This document shows, in pieces, positions 38,800 through 48,569 of a stretch of 63,192 bases of DNA. A model generated the notes under the pieces. It did no database searches and was not told the DNA's origin. It saw nothing but the letters and a program-made list of their open reading frames with translations. The DNA lies in IMG/VR virus record IMGVR_UViG_3300049261_000006, positions 1 to 63,192 of that record. One strand, 5' to 3'. Position 1 is the stretch's first letter, and the number at the start of each line of letters is the position of its first letter. Origin of the DNA: a virus. Lineage: Duplodnaviria; Caudoviricetes. Made by a program: the position numbers and the translations under genes.

Positions 38800-39236
38800 A
38801 AATATTGAAAATACGCGACGTTAAAACACCGTCAAGGGGCACACCTGAAAGTGCAGGATTAGATTTTTATGTACCAAATGATTACATGGAAATAAATATT
38901 TGGCCAGGCGGTAGCAGACTTATACCCTCAGGTATAAAAGCAGCAGTGCCAAAGAATTTTATGCTCTGTGCCTTTAACAAATCCGGGGTGGCTACAAGAC
39001 AAGGATTACAGGTTGGTGCGTGTATAGTAGATTCAGATTACCAAGGTGAAATTCATCTTCATGTTACTAACATAAGTACGACCAGCACAGTCATAGTTCC
39101 AGGACAAAAATTAGTGCAGTTCGTACTACTGCCAGTGTTGTATTCGGAAGTAGAAGTGGTTGATGATGTTGAGACACTATTTCCGGAAGTAACTATACGT
39201 GCAGAAGGTGGATTCGGTTCAACTGGTGTGGTATGA
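38796..39236 (+). CDS. dut: Trimeric dUTPase
   Basis: AGLDF, KSG, IVDSDYQGEI, LVQ and RAEGGFGSTG motifs. Confidence 0.93.
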   Translation: MKILKIRDVKTPSRGTPESAGLDFYVPNDYMEINIWPGGSRLIPSGIKAAVPKNFMLCAFNKSGVATRQGLQVGACIVDSDYQGEIHLHVTNISTTSTVIVPGQKLVQFVLLPVLYSEVEVVDDVETLFPEVTIRAEGGFGSTGVV

Positions 39237-39628
39237 CACATGAGTCGTATTTAGCGATAGCAGATATTATTGCCACACACAGTAAGGCACTTAGAAATAA
39301 GGTCGGTGCCATATTAGTGAAAAACAATAATATCATCAGCATGGGCTACAATGGTACGCCATACGGGTTCGATAATAACTGTGAAGATGATAACGGCAAT
39401 ACAGTACCAGAAGTAGTTCATGCTGAGCTAAATGCGATTATTAAATGTGCTAAGGACGGTATATCATGCGACGGTGCAACTCTCTATTGTACTTTGTCAC
39501 CGTGTATCGACTGTGCCAAGATCATAGTACAATCAGGTATTAAACAAGTAGTGTACAAAACTAAATATAGATTAACTGATGGATTGGAATTACTGGGACA
39601 ATACGTTGAAGTTTTACAATGCCAATGA
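39233..39628 (+). CDS. dCMP deaminase family protein
   Basis: VGAILV, GYNGTP, HAELNAI and SPCIDC zinc motifs. Confidence 0.92.
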   Translation: MTHESYLAIADIIATHSKALRNKVGAILVKNNNIISMGYNGTPYGFDNNCEDDNGNTVPEVVHAELNAIIKCAKDGISCDGATLYCTLSPCIDCAKIIVQSGIKQVVYKTKYRLTDGLELLGQYVEVLQCQ

Positions 39629-40241
39629 CGCATTTACATTTTGGTATGATAAAATACTATTCTATGGCAGAACTGAAAAGGATACCAAATTTCTGCATAA
39701 CATAGGATTTTATATGCTGGTGCCGTCAGATAATAAAATTACAGTGCCATGGCGCAATTGGAGCGAAAGCTATGCCAAACGCGAATGGGCCTGGTATGAA
39801 AGCAAAAACCCGGATGCGCGTGAGATGGCAAAATACGCACCACTGTGGAAAACTATGATGGACGCAGATGGCCATGTCAATTCTAACTACGGTTATCAAT
39901 GGCATCGTAATAATCAGTTGGACCATGTCGTAAATCTATTAAAGAAAGATCCTGGCACGCGACGTGCGGTAATTACTATCTACGATGGCAAGGAGCATGA
40001 ATTGCATTCACTAGACACGCCGTGTACGCTCACTATTGGATTTAGAATAGTAGATAAACGTCTGTGTATGACTGTTAACATGCGTAGTAATGATCTGATC
40101 TATGGATTTTGTAATGATCAATATTGTTTTTCACAGTTACAAATCTTAATTGCAAAAGAATTAGGTGTGCAGATAGGTAGCTATTTTCATTTTGCAACTG
40201 ATCTGCATATTTATAAAAAACACTGGGAAATGAAGAAATAA
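39579..40241 (+). CDS. Thymidylate synthase / dCMP (hydroxy)methylase superfamily protein
   Basis: YGYQW, DPGTRRAV, PC (catalytic Cys), MRSNDLIYGFCND, DLHIY. Confidence 0.88.
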   Translation: MDWNYWDNTLKFYNANDAFTFWYDKILFYGRTEKDTKFLHNIGFYMLVPSDNKITVPWRNWSESYAKREWAWYESKNPDAREMAKYAPLWKTMMDADGHVNSNYGYQWHRNNQLDHVVNLLKKDPGTRRAVITIYDGKEHELHSLDTPCTLTIGFRIVDKRLCMTVNMRSNDLIYGFCNDQYCFSQLQILIAKELGVQIGSYFHFATDLHIYKKHWEMKK

Positions 40242-40317
40242 TTTATCATTCATAACATTATATTATTTATTTTTACTCTCCACATTTTTCTCTTATTATT
40301 AATTAAAAACCCACACA

Positions 40318-40755
40318 ATGGACATTAACATTAAAGTTAGCGGCAGTATCACGCTTGAAGCAGGAAATTCACTTTTATCAGCACTTGCAACAGCAGGATG
40401 GGGGCCAAATAAATCTACGGCTTCGGAACCAACAACCAAAGAAGACGAAGACCCAAAACCAGCGAAGAAAGAAAAGACAGCAGCCAGGCCAGTTAAAAAA
40501 GAAGTGGTTGAAGACGACGAGGACAATAAAAACCTCGATGACGAAGAAGAAGCAGATGAAAAACCAGCACCTAAGCCGGCTAAAAAAGGTGGTACTAAAG
40601 CAGATTTGCCGGCCATCAGAGCACTGGTAAAAGAAAAGCGCGAGGATTACAAGGATGAAATTAAAGCACTCCTAAAAGATTACAAAGTAACATCACTGGG
40701 TGACCTGGATGAAGAAGACTACGGCGCATTCTTTGACGCAGTAAATGCGCTCTAA
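40318..40755 (+). CDS. Small replication-module protein preceding DUF2800
   Basis: Low-complexity linker plus C-terminal IKALLKDYKVTSLGDLDEEDY helical domain; synteny. Confidence 0.7.
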   Translation: MDINIKVSGSITLEAGNSLLSALATAGWGPNKSTASEPTTKEDEDPKPAKKEKTAARPVKKEVVEDDEDNKNLDDEEEADEKPAPKPAKKGGTKADLPAIRALVKEKREDYKDEIKALLKDYKVTSLGDLDEEDYGAFFDAVNAL

Positions 40756-41963
40756 TGAAAAAAGCCCACGCAAAACTCTCTCCCTCAGCAGCAGAACGTT
40801 GGATGACGTGTACGCCATCAGCTAACTTTGAGTTAAAATTTAAAGAGACTACCAGCGTATATGCTGCTGAGGGAACACTTGCGCACAAATTAGGTGAACT
40901 ACTCATACGGCAAAAACTTAATTTAATTACAACTATGAAGTTCAATAAAGAACTTCAAGTAATTAAAAAGCATGAGCTCTATGAAGATACAATGCTTGAA
41001 TTTTGTGATGATTACGCCAATTTTGCAGTAGAAAAGTTTTCAGAAGCGTTAGCAGACTCAGACGACGCCATGATTATGCTCGAAGAGTCGTTGGATATGA
41101 GTAAATGGGTGCCAGACGGATTTGGTACTGGTGACGTAGTAATTGTGAGTGACTTGGTATTAAGATTAATCGATTTGAAATATGGTAAGGGTAAACCAGT
41201 AACGTGTGAGAATAATAAACAGATGATGTTGTACGCGCTGGGTGCGTTAGAACAATTCGACTATATCTACGATATACAAGAAGTAGAACTGACAATATTT
41301 CAACCGCGCATTAATAACACTGCCACCTGGAGAATTAGTGTGGAAAAATTACGGGCGTGGGCCGACGGTGAGTTGATGGAAAAAGCGCAACTGGCAGATA
41401 AAGGTTTAGGTGAGTTTGTACCAGGTGATCATTGCCATTTCTGTCGTGCCAAAGCAAAATGTAAGGCACTACATGATTATAACATGGAAATTGCGCAATT
41501 CGATTTTGCGGCAGGTGAGGAAATATCCGACGATGATTTAGTATTTATTATGAGCAGAGCCCAGATGTTTACGAACTGGATTAACTCACTACAAGATTTT
41601 GCATTAAAACAAGCATTGAACAGCGGTAAAAATTGGCCGGGCTATAAAGTGGTACAAGGCACGGCGAGGAGAAAATATTTGGACCCGGATAAGGTGATAC
41701 AGAAACTGTTGAAAGAGGGTTTCAAAGAAGATGTTATAACCCGGCCAATACAACCGCTGCCAATTACTGAGATGGAAAAGGCAATCTCTAAAAAAGATTT
41801 TGCCCGCCTGTTACATGATTTGGTAATCATACCAGATGGCAAACCTACATTAGTACCGGAGACTGATAAGCGACCGGCATATAATTCGGTACAGAAAGCA
41901 CAAGAAGATTTTGATGATGATTATCTGGCACAAATAAATGGTGATCCAGATAGATTTGATTAA
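40755..41963 (+). CDS. DUF2800 Cas4-like PD-(D/E)XK exonuclease
   Basis: HAKLSPSAAERWMTC, GTLAH, FGTGD, IDLKYGKG, QMMLYALGA, HCHFCRAKAKC. Confidence 0.92.
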   Translation: MKKAHAKLSPSAAERWMTCTPSANFELKFKETTSVYAAEGTLAHKLGELLIRQKLNLITTMKFNKELQVIKKHELYEDTMLEFCDDYANFAVEKFSEALADSDDAMIMLEESLDMSKWVPDGFGTGDVVIVSDLVLRLIDLKYGKGKPVTCENNKQMMLYALGALEQFDYIYDIQEVELTIFQPRINNTATWRISVEKLRAWADGELMEKAQLADKGLGEFVPGDHCHFCRAKAKCKALHDYNMEIAQFDFAAGEEISDDDLVFIMSRAQMFTNWINSLQDFALKQALNSGKNWPGYKVVQGTARRKYLDPDKVIQKLLKEGFKEDVITRPIQPLPITEMEKAISKKDFARLLHDLVIIPDGKPTLVPETDKRPAYNSVQKAQEDFDDDYLAQINGDPDRFD

Positions 41964-41990
41964 CATTGTTGACAACTAAAATTTAATAAA

Positions 41991-42551
41991 ATGACAGAAA
42001 AAAAGTCACCCGCAACAAAGGTACGGACCGGGTTAGTACGGTTTAGCTATCTCAATGCGTTTCGTCCTACGGCGATGGAAGAAGGTGGAGTATTAAAATA
42101 CTCGGTATCTTTGATCATACCCAAGAAAGACAAAGCGCAATTAAAAGAAATCCAGGCTGCTATCAATGCCGCCAAAGAAAATGACAAAGGCAAATGGGAC
42201 GGTAAAATACCCGCCAAATTGCGCAACCCGTTGCGTGATGGTGATGAAGACCGGCCAGAAGATCCAAATTATGCCAATTGTTATTTTATTACTGCATCAT
42301 CTACTACTAAGCCAGGTATAGTAGATAAGGACCGCAATCCTATCACTGATGAAGATGAAATCTACAGTGGTTGCTATGGACGTGCGACTATTAACTTCTT
42401 TGGTTATAAAGCCAAGGGCAATATTGGTATTGGTGCCGGTCTGCAGAATTTACAGAAGATAAAAGACGGCGAGCGCCTGGGTGGACGTGCCAATGCAGAA
42501 GATGATTTCGATGATGAATTTGAATTGGACGACGACGAAGATTTCGGTTAG
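41991..42551 (+). CDS. DUF2815 single-stranded DNA-binding protein (gp2.5-like)
   Basis: VRFSY, KYSVSLIIPK, PLRDGD, IYSGCY, GLQNLQKIKDGERLGG, acidic tail. Confidence 0.92.
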   Translation: MTEKKSPATKVRTGLVRFSYLNAFRPTAMEEGGVLKYSVSLIIPKKDKAQLKEIQAAINAAKENDKGKWDGKIPAKLRNPLRDGDEDRPEDPNYANCYFITASSTTKPGIVDKDRNPITDEDEIYSGCYGRATINFFGYKAKGNIGIGAGLQNLQKIKDGERLGGRANAEDDFDDEFELDDDEDFG

Positions 42552-42571
42552 TAGCAAGCAATAGTAACAAC

Positions 42572-42604
42572 AAGCGGAGGAGACCATTAGCCTCCGCTTT
42601 TTTT
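42572..42604 (+). terminator. Intrinsic terminator
   Basis: AAGCGGAGG-loop-CCTCCGC-TTTTTTT. Confidence 0.8.
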
Positions 42605-42616
42605 AATTAATTTGAT

Positions 42617-42946
42617 ATGATACTTACTACTGAACAAAAAATTGCAGGCTATCAATATGCCTTATCTAGATTACAAACCTATGAAGAAGGTCGCACACCT
42701 GGTATCTGTCCTAGGTTAATACGTTGGATGATAGAAAATGTAGCACATCCAAAATCGTGGACTACTGCAGATGAGGTGCGTACTGCATTTCCAGAATTTT
42801 ATGCCCTTGATGATGGTATGCGCTATTCGGCACTACCAGGGTTCTGGTGGGCACCTACTGATATTGAAATAAGACAAAAAATTTTAATTGACATCATAAC
42901 ACTACTACAGCATGAACAATCTCAAATACACACCAGCGCTGAATGA
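42617..42946 (+). CDS. Hypothetical protein (ICPRL/FPEF/WW paralog family)
   Basis: Motifs shared with ORF 51690 and weakly with ORF 60038. Confidence 0.7.
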   Translation: MILTTEQKIAGYQYALSRLQTYEEGRTPGICPRLIRWMIENVAHPKSWTTADEVRTAFPEFYALDDGMRYSALPGFWWAPTDIEIRQKILIDIITLLQHEQSQIHTSAE

Positions 42947-43127
42947 CTTTGACAAAATGCCGTATGGTCAGCATAAGGGTAAACGCATGGATGAAGTACC
43001 AGCCCAATACCTGCTTTATATACTGGAAAACCATGATCTAACCCGACAAGAAGCAGTCAAAAAATATATTGTTGCAAACCAGGATACATTAATACGCCAA
43101 GTCAATTGGTCTAAAAAATATAGATAA
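42912..43127 (+). CDS. DUF3820-like protein
   Basis: MPYGQHKGKRMDEVPAQYLLY motif. Confidence 0.75.
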   Translation: MNNLKYTPALNDFDKMPYGQHKGKRMDEVPAQYLLYILENHDLTRQEAVKKYIVANQDTLIRQVNWSKKYR

Positions 43128-43318
43128 TGATACTACTAACGATCGTAGCCACATTTTTATATTCGATAGGTTATTTATTGATGCTGCATATTATAGATGA
43201 TATGATGGTAAAAGACAAAGAATATCACGGTGTTAAATTCAAAGATTGGATACCGACTGTATGTGCTATACTATGGCCATTTTTTGCAATCATATTACTG
43301 AAAAAAGATAAAGATTAA
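43127..43318 (+). CDS. Small membrane protein
   Basis: Two hydrophobic helices, ILWPF; coupled to both neighbours. Confidence 0.65.
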   Translation: MILLTIVATFLYSIGYLLMLHIIDDMMVKDKEYHGVKFKDWIPTVCAILWPFFAIILLKKDKD

Positions 43319-45297
43319 TGGATACATTAAATGTGGACATAGAGACGTTTTCATCTAACGGTATTGATGGTGGTGTGTATAAGTATGTAGAAGCAGAAGA
43401 TTTTACTATACTGATGATTGCGTATTCATTTAATTATGGCCCTACTAAAATAATAGATCTTACTAAGCAGTCAATGCCGCGAGAATTAATAGATTGGTTG
43501 CTAGATAAAAAAGTTTTAAAGATAGCGTATAGTGCTGCATTTGAAATAGAATGTCTATATAAATATCTCGGAATTGAAAAATGGTATGAAAATTGGTATA
43601 CACAATGGGAATGTACCATGGTGCGCGGTGCAATGATTGGACTGCCCATGGGCTTGGATGCAGCTACTAAGGCTATCAATTCTACACATAAGAAAGACCC
43701 AAAGGGAAAACAATTGATCCGGTATTTTTGTATCCCCTGTAAACCTACACTGCAAAACGGTTTTCGTACTCGTAATTTCCCAGAGCACGCGCCAGATAAA
43801 TGGCAAGAATTTTTAACTTACTGCGTACGTGACGTAGATGCTGAAAAATCAATTTCAATATTAGCGCGTAAAATACCTATCACGCCTACTGAACGACAAC
43901 TGTGGTATTTGGACCAAGAGATAAATAGGCGCGGCGTAGTCATAGATGTGGACTTAGCCGAAAATGCGATAGATTTTGACATACGTTTTCATGCTGAGTT
44001 AGTAAGTGAATTAAAGCAACTTACCTTTGTTACTAATCCAAATTCTGCGGCACAGTTAAAAAAATGGTTAAGTCCATTAATGCCATTTTCAAATACTGAT
44101 GCACTTACAAAAGAAAATATTCCGGCCTTATTACAAGATGTAGATGATATGGAATATGAGGATGGACATAAGATAAAACGTGTCTTGAAATTGCGCCAAG
44201 ACATCTCTAAAACTAGCGTAAAGAAATACGCTAAGATGATAGACTCCATGTGCAGCGATGGCAAGGTCAAAGGCATGTTTCAATATTATGGTGCTGGTCG
44301 TACTGGTAGATGGGCCGGCCGTGGCGTACAATTACACAACTTACCGCGCGGCGTATTAGAAAAACAAGACCTGAATTTTGCGCGTGAATTGATCAGGTCA
44401 GGTGAGTACAAAGTATTTAAATGGTATTACAACGCGCCAAGTGCGTTATCAAGTTTGATACGTGCTGCTTTTATACCGCGCAAAGGATATGTATTAGGAG
44501 TAGCAGACTATTCAGCAATTGAAGCACGCATCATTGCCTGGATAGCAGGTGAGAAATGGCGATTAGAAGTATTCAAGACACATGGATTGATATATGAAGC
44601 ATCAGCTGCCAAGATGTTTAATATACCAATAGAATCTATTGACAAAAAATCTGAATATCGTACCAAGGGTAAAATCTCAGAACTGGCATTGGGTTTTGGT
44701 GGTGGCCCTGATGCCTTAATGCGCATGGCCAAATCTACTGGTGCCAAGTTAGATGAGAAGGGACTACCCAAACTAGTTAAGATCTGGCGTAATACGAATC
44801 AGAAAATAGTAAATTTGTGGCGACATACCAACGAATGTGTAATTAAGGCAGTCGAGACAGGTCAGAGGATCACAATAGGGTTTAATACGGACTGCTTTGT
44901 CGAGCATGGCATTTTATTCATAAAACTGCCGTCAGGCCGTAGATTGTCATACTATGCGCCCGAGATACGCGAGGGTAAGTATGGTCCATCACTTACTTAC
45001 ATGGGACTAAACCAGGAGACCAACCAGTGGGTAAGAATATTCACATACGGTGGTAAACTAATCGAGAATATCGTACAGGCAATTGCACGCGACATATTGG
45101 CACACGGTATGTTGATGTTGAAAAAAGCAGGCTACGACATAGTGCTGCATGTCCACGATGAAATTGCCGCGGAGTACCAACCTGGCGGTGAGAAAAGCGC
45201 AGCAGATATGTGCCGTATTATGTCAATACCGCCAGACTGGGCACGCACATTACCATTAGGTGCAGAAGGTTTTGAAACTAACTATTATAAAAAATAG
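43318..45297 (+). CDS. Family A DNA polymerase with 3'-5' exonuclease
   Basis: VDIETFS (ExoI), YCVRDV, RTGRWAG..QLHNLPR, ADYSAIEAR (motif A), RTKGKISELALGFGGG (motif B), HVHDE (motif C). Confidence 0.96.
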   Translation: MDTLNVDIETFSSNGIDGGVYKYVEAEDFTILMIAYSFNYGPTKIIDLTKQSMPRELIDWLLDKKVLKIAYSAAFEIECLYKYLGIEKWYENWYTQWECTMVRGAMIGLPMGLDAATKAINSTHKKDPKGKQLIRYFCIPCKPTLQNGFRTRNFPEHAPDKWQEFLTYCVRDVDAEKSISILARKIPITPTERQLWYLDQEINRRGVVIDVDLAENAIDFDIRFHAELVSELKQLTFVTNPNSAAQLKKWLSPLMPFSNTDALTKENIPALLQDVDDMEYEDGHKIKRVLKLRQDISKTSVKKYAKMIDSMCSDGKVKGMFQYYGAGRTGRWAGRGVQLHNLPRGVLEKQDLNFARELIRSGEYKVFKWYYNAPSALSSLIRAAFIPRKGYVLGVADYSAIEARIIAWIAGEKWRLEVFKTHGLIYEASAAKMFNIPIESIDKKSEYRTKGKISELALGFGGGPDALMRMAKSTGAKLDEKGLPKLVKIWRNTNQKIVNLWRHTNECVIKAVETGQRITIGFNTDCFVEHGILFIKLPSGRRLSYYAPEIREGKYGPSLTYMGLNQETNQWVRIFTYGGKLIENIVQAIARDILAHGMLMLKKAGYDIVLHVHDEIAAEYQPGGEKSAADMCRIMSIPPDWARTLPLGAEGFETNYYKK

Positions 45298-45301
45298 CAA
45301 T

Positions 45302-45505
45302 ATGGAATCACTTATTGAAGCAAGAAAAGAAGCGTCAGAAATAAGAACCACTGTTGAAAAATTAGTAAAAGATTTTAATTGGAAATATCCAGAACTAACA
45401 CTCTCAGTATCCGCAGAAACTACTAATGAAGCGGTGTATACAAAAGGGGGAATAATGATTTCTTACGCTCTTAACTGTGACTATTCTATAGCTGTTAAAA
45501 AATAA
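45302..45505 (+). CDS. Hypothetical protein
   Basis: ATG 45302 immediately after the pol stop. Confidence 0.6.
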   Translation: MESLIEARKEASEIRTTVEKLVKDFNWKYPELTLSVSAETTNEAVYTKGGIMISYALNCDYSIAVKK

Positions 45506-45509
45506 TCTA

Positions 45510-45746
45510 ATGGAACGCAAAGGCTTTTTAAAATCGCTAGCTACATTGGTAATTGCACCCAAGGCAATTGCGGTTACGTTAGCTGATGCGGTTACGTTAG
45601 CTGAACCGACTACTAAGAATGAATTTGAAAAAGCATTTACTCGCAGTCTGCCACAGTTCATGAAAAACAGCGTATACTATCAAATATCACCTGAAATGTT
45701 AGAAGATATTCCGTACCTAAAAAGCTATCTAGAAGAAATAATTTGA
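45510..45746 (+). CDS. Mini-protein with Tat-like N-terminus and capsid-like C-terminal peptide
   Basis: MERKGFLKSL; 18-bp tandem duplication at 45569-45604; VYYQISPEMLEDIPYLKSYL resembles MCP. Confidence 0.65.
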   Translation: MERKGFLKSLATLVIAPKAIAVTLADAVTLAEPTTKNEFEKAFTRSLPQFMKNSVYYQISPEMLEDIPYLKSYLEEII

Positions 45747-45829
45747 AAATATTTTAAAATAAATTTTTTTATATGGATAATATTATATTATTTTACTCCA
45801 TCATCAATCACAATTAAAACTTAAAAAAC

Positions 45830-46120
45830 ATGTCAAACACACCAATGAATCCGATGGAGCTATTAGCAAGATTGTTATCCGGCAACATGACACGTGACGA
45901 AATTAACGAGCACGTTGAAAATGAAATGGTAAAATCCATGGACCAAGAAATCCGGGAAATTATCCGCACGTATTTAAAAGAGTTCGCCCAGGATGACCGC
46001 ACTTTAACAGGTACACTTACCTACGAACTTGCATACGACCCGGCTACCGACCAAAACAATATCAAGGTAAAAGCCAGGTTAGAAGCTGGTCCAAAAAAAG
46101 TCCCAGCAAAAGAAAATTAA
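45830..46120 (+). CDS. Hypothetical protein
   Basis: First ORF after the 62-bp promoter repeat. Confidence 0.7.
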   Translation: MSNTPMNPMELLARLLSGNMTRDEINEHVENEMVKSMDQEIREIIRTYLKEFAQDDRTLTGTLTYELAYDPATDQNNIKVKARLEAGPKKVPAKEN

Positions 46121-46141
46121 AAAAGTGTAAATTTAAACCCG

Positions 46142-46168
46142 AGTAAGCCGGGACACTACCGGCTTACT
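46142..46168. terminator. Perfect 10-bp hairpin
   Basis: AGTAAGCCGG-GACACTA-CCGGCTTACT; no strong U tract. Confidence 0.45.
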
Positions 46169-46183
46169 TAAAAACCTAATTTC

Positions 46184-46477
46184 ATGAAAAGTATAATTAT
46201 ATTGCTTGGTGCCTTAGCACTAATACTTACCGCGTGCACTAAGACGGTAGAACCAAGAGTGTACTGGGATGTATCCATAAAACAAAATTTGCCAACGCTT
46301 GAAGCAGTAGCGTATAATTCCAAATCTACTAATCTTAAATACTTATGGATTGTCAACGGCATTAAGACTGAAGGCAAAACCGTATCACTAGGTGCTGGTA
46401 GATCTGAAGTGCAATTAGTAGTATTCGATGATAAAGGCAATTCTATTGCAGAATATATAAATATTATTCGACCATGA
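46184..46477 (+). CDS. Lipoprotein
   Basis: MKSIIILLGALALILTA|C lipobox. Confidence 0.75.
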   Translation: MKSIIILLGALALILTACTKTVEPRVYWDVSIKQNLPTLEAVAYNSKSTNLKYLWIVNGIKTEGKTVSLGAGRSEVQLVVFDDKGNSIAEYINIIRP

Positions 46478-46779
46478 AACTACTATTAATTTTGTTGCTG
46501 TGGTCGGTTAGACTACAAGGACAAGAAGTGGTTATAGACCATCCGTTTAAATCGTTAGCCGAACTAGACTCATTTATGCGTGCACATCCGCCGGTTAAAG
46601 CACGCAACCGTGAATCAGACGAATTACTAAGCCTAAAGATAGTGCGCACTGACGTAACCGCAATAGCTTTTTATAAAACCGGATACAGACTAAAAGGAAA
46701 ATATTATTACTTCGACCGCAAAAGAATTAAGCCACTGCCCAAACATTGGATCGTATGGGATTGGAGGGTCATTAATTAG
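46474..46779 (+). CDS. Secreted hypothetical protein
   Basis: Signal peptide ending LQG|Q. Confidence 0.65.
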   Translation: MKLLLILLLWSVRLQGQEVVIDHPFKSLAELDSFMRAHPPVKARNRESDELLSLKIVRTDVTAIAFYKTGYRLKGKYYYFDRKRIKPLPKHWIVWDWRVIN

Positions 46780-46808
46780 TTTTCTTCACTTTTAAATATA
46801 AAAATCAA

Positions 46809-47213
46809 ATGAAACGACTATTATTTTTGTTGGCATTGCCAATCATGTTTTCTTTTGCCATGCCGCCGGTAATCCAGGATGATGTAAAAAACAATTGGGT
46901 CTATGAACTTGTAAAACCTGATGTTAAAAAAGTACGGATGGACGAAGCCACAGTTATCAGTGCAGAATGGGTGCAGGTAAACAGTGTGATTCACGTCTTC
47001 ATCGAATGTCCACCAGCTAATTACGACAGAGCAATTTCAGTGAAAGCCTACTATTATCACAGCGCTTTTCCAGGTACGCCAAAATGGCGAACATTTACTG
47101 CAACTAATGCATTTGTAGGTGCTAACGTGTCCTCATTTACAGTAGTGGTGTATGTCACAGGCGTGCCCAACGGCGGTTATTGTTCCGGGGCGCAGGTAAC
47201 TGCATTCGGTTAA
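46809..47213 (+). CDS. Secreted hypothetical protein (beta-rich)
   Basis: MKRLLFLLALPIMFSFA signal peptide. Confidence 0.7.
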   Translation: MKRLLFLLALPIMFSFAMPPVIQDDVKNNWVYELVKPDVKKVRMDEATVISAEWVQVNSVIHVFIECPPANYDRAISVKAYYYHSAFPGTPKWRTFTATNAFVGANVSSFTVVVYVTGVPNGGYCSGAQVTAFG

Positions 47214-47227
47214 AACGATCTGCAAAT

Positions 47228-47289
47228 TGCCGCGAAATATTTAGTATAGGTAATGAGACTATATTCATATAAAGTAGCGGCATTTTTTT
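47228..47289 (+). terminator. Long interrupted hairpin with U tract
   Basis: TGCCGC...AGTATAG/CTATATT...GCGGCA-TTTTTTT. Confidence 0.5.
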
Positions 47290-47308
47290 ACCTATAAAAA
47301 TAAAGCTA

Positions 47309-47497
47309 ATGAGTACTACGCTAGAACAAATGTCTTTAGCTGAATTAAATCAACTCTATGAATTTTGTCGTATAAAAATTCAAATGCAAGGTGACAACAA
47401 AGCACTATTTATAAAAGAATACATAGAAGCAGAAATTAACTATCGTATAGATACTATTTACCGCGAGATAAAAACTGAGCAAACTGCAGAAATATGA
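47309..47497 (+). CDS. Hypothetical protein
   Basis: First of a chain of ATGA-coupled ORFs. Confidence 0.6.
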   Translation: MSTTLEQMSLAELNQLYEFCRIKIQMQGDNKALFIKEYIEAEINYRIDTIYREIKTEQTAEI

Positions 47498-47679
47498 GCA
47501 ACTATACTACTATAGATCTTACCAGAGATAAGGCACTTACAATAATTCATTCTGAATTATTTCAAGTCATGCAAAAGATACACAAGATGGACAACGAACA
47601 GTTGGCTAATACGTTGTTTGCACTTACCAGTACGAACGAAGATTCAAAATTTTACCACAATAATTTTATAGTTAAATGA
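47494..47679 (+). CDS. Hypothetical protein
   Basis: ATGA-coupled. Confidence 0.6.
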   Translation: MSNYTTIDLTRDKALTIIHSELFQVMQKIHKMDNEQLANTLFALTSTNEDSKFYHNNFIVK

Positions 47680-48008
47680 GCTTACAAGGTAAATATGTTA
47701 AGTGCCGACATTTTGAAAATCACCGCGAATGTTGCAAATGGATAAACGAACAGAACAAAAAAACTGAACTCAATATCGTATCTATTTGTCATAAGATCGG
47801 TAACGCGCAATCAGTGATGTTGTATTATACCATCACGCCTGGTATAGAAAATCAAGACATAAAGTTAAAATTCTTTATTAACCACATAGAGTTAGTAAAT
47901 TGGTTAAACGTGGAAATTCAAAAGCGACCCCTGTGTGTACTGAATATTTGCTATAAGGTGGAGCGGGAAAAAAATGGTGTACTGTATTACTATTACGACG
48001 AAATATGA
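47676..48008 (+). CDS. Hypothetical protein with internal duplication
   Basis: F.NH.E...W.N...K..L....IC.K......LYY motif occurs twice. Confidence 0.65.
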   Translation: MSLQGKYVKCRHFENHRECCKWINEQNKKTELNIVSICHKIGNAQSVMLYYTITPGIENQDIKLKFFINHIELVNWLNVEIQKRPLCVLNICYKVEREKNGVLYYYYDEI

Positions 48009-48262
48009 CCAGAGAATCCATAATAGCTAGGCAGGAAATAGATTGTAACTGCAATGACTGTATACATATGTGCCGTCAACTTGATAAATACATAGAATTT
48101 GACGTAATGCATACTAACAATAAAGGTCAAGTTACTAGCCCATCATTTAGGATTAATTACGGCTGGTGTAACAAATTTTTAAAAGACGTTTCATTTATAC
48201 CTAATACCTGCCAACTGGATACACAAAATTGTTTTGTACATAGAAGAACTAACCAACCATGA
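48005..48262 (+). CDS. Cys-rich hypothetical protein
   Basis: DCNCNDC...YGWC...PNTCQ...CFVHR. Confidence 0.7.
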   Translation: MTRESIIARQEIDCNCNDCIHMCRQLDKYIEFDVMHTNNKGQVTSPSFRINYGWCNKFLKDVSFIPNTCQLDTQNCFVHRRTNQP

Positions 48263-48564
48263 AATATTTATTGATTATCTTATTATTTATTGGTTGTACT
48301 AAATATGATTCAGATGACACTATCGCGTCAGATGAATACAAAATAACAGTCACACAAATAAAGGATATGGTACAGATTACATGCGTACCAGTAGTAATAA
48401 AAAAATATGCCCGTATAATAGAAGTAGTAAGTATCCATGAAGATGAACGGCACAGGCATACTATTTATATTGGTAGTGATGTTACCACAGCTAAAACTAC
48501 GTATTGGACTAATAAACCACTGACCAGATACTACATAGTATTTTTCGGTACATATTCAAAATAA
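48259..48564 (+). CDS. Lipoprotein
   Basis: MKYLLIILLFIG|C lipobox. Confidence 0.7.
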   Translation: MKYLLIILLFIGCTKYDSDDTIASDEYKITVTQIKDMVQITCVPVVIKKYARIIEVVSIHEDERHRHTIYIGSDVTTAKTTYWTNKPLTRYYIVFFGTYSK

Positions 48565-48569
48565 TAATA

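Noticed and set aside
43318-45297. Intein or intron in DNA polymerase or terminase
   Set aside because: Both ORFs are continuous, of ordinary length, and lack splice-junction motifs
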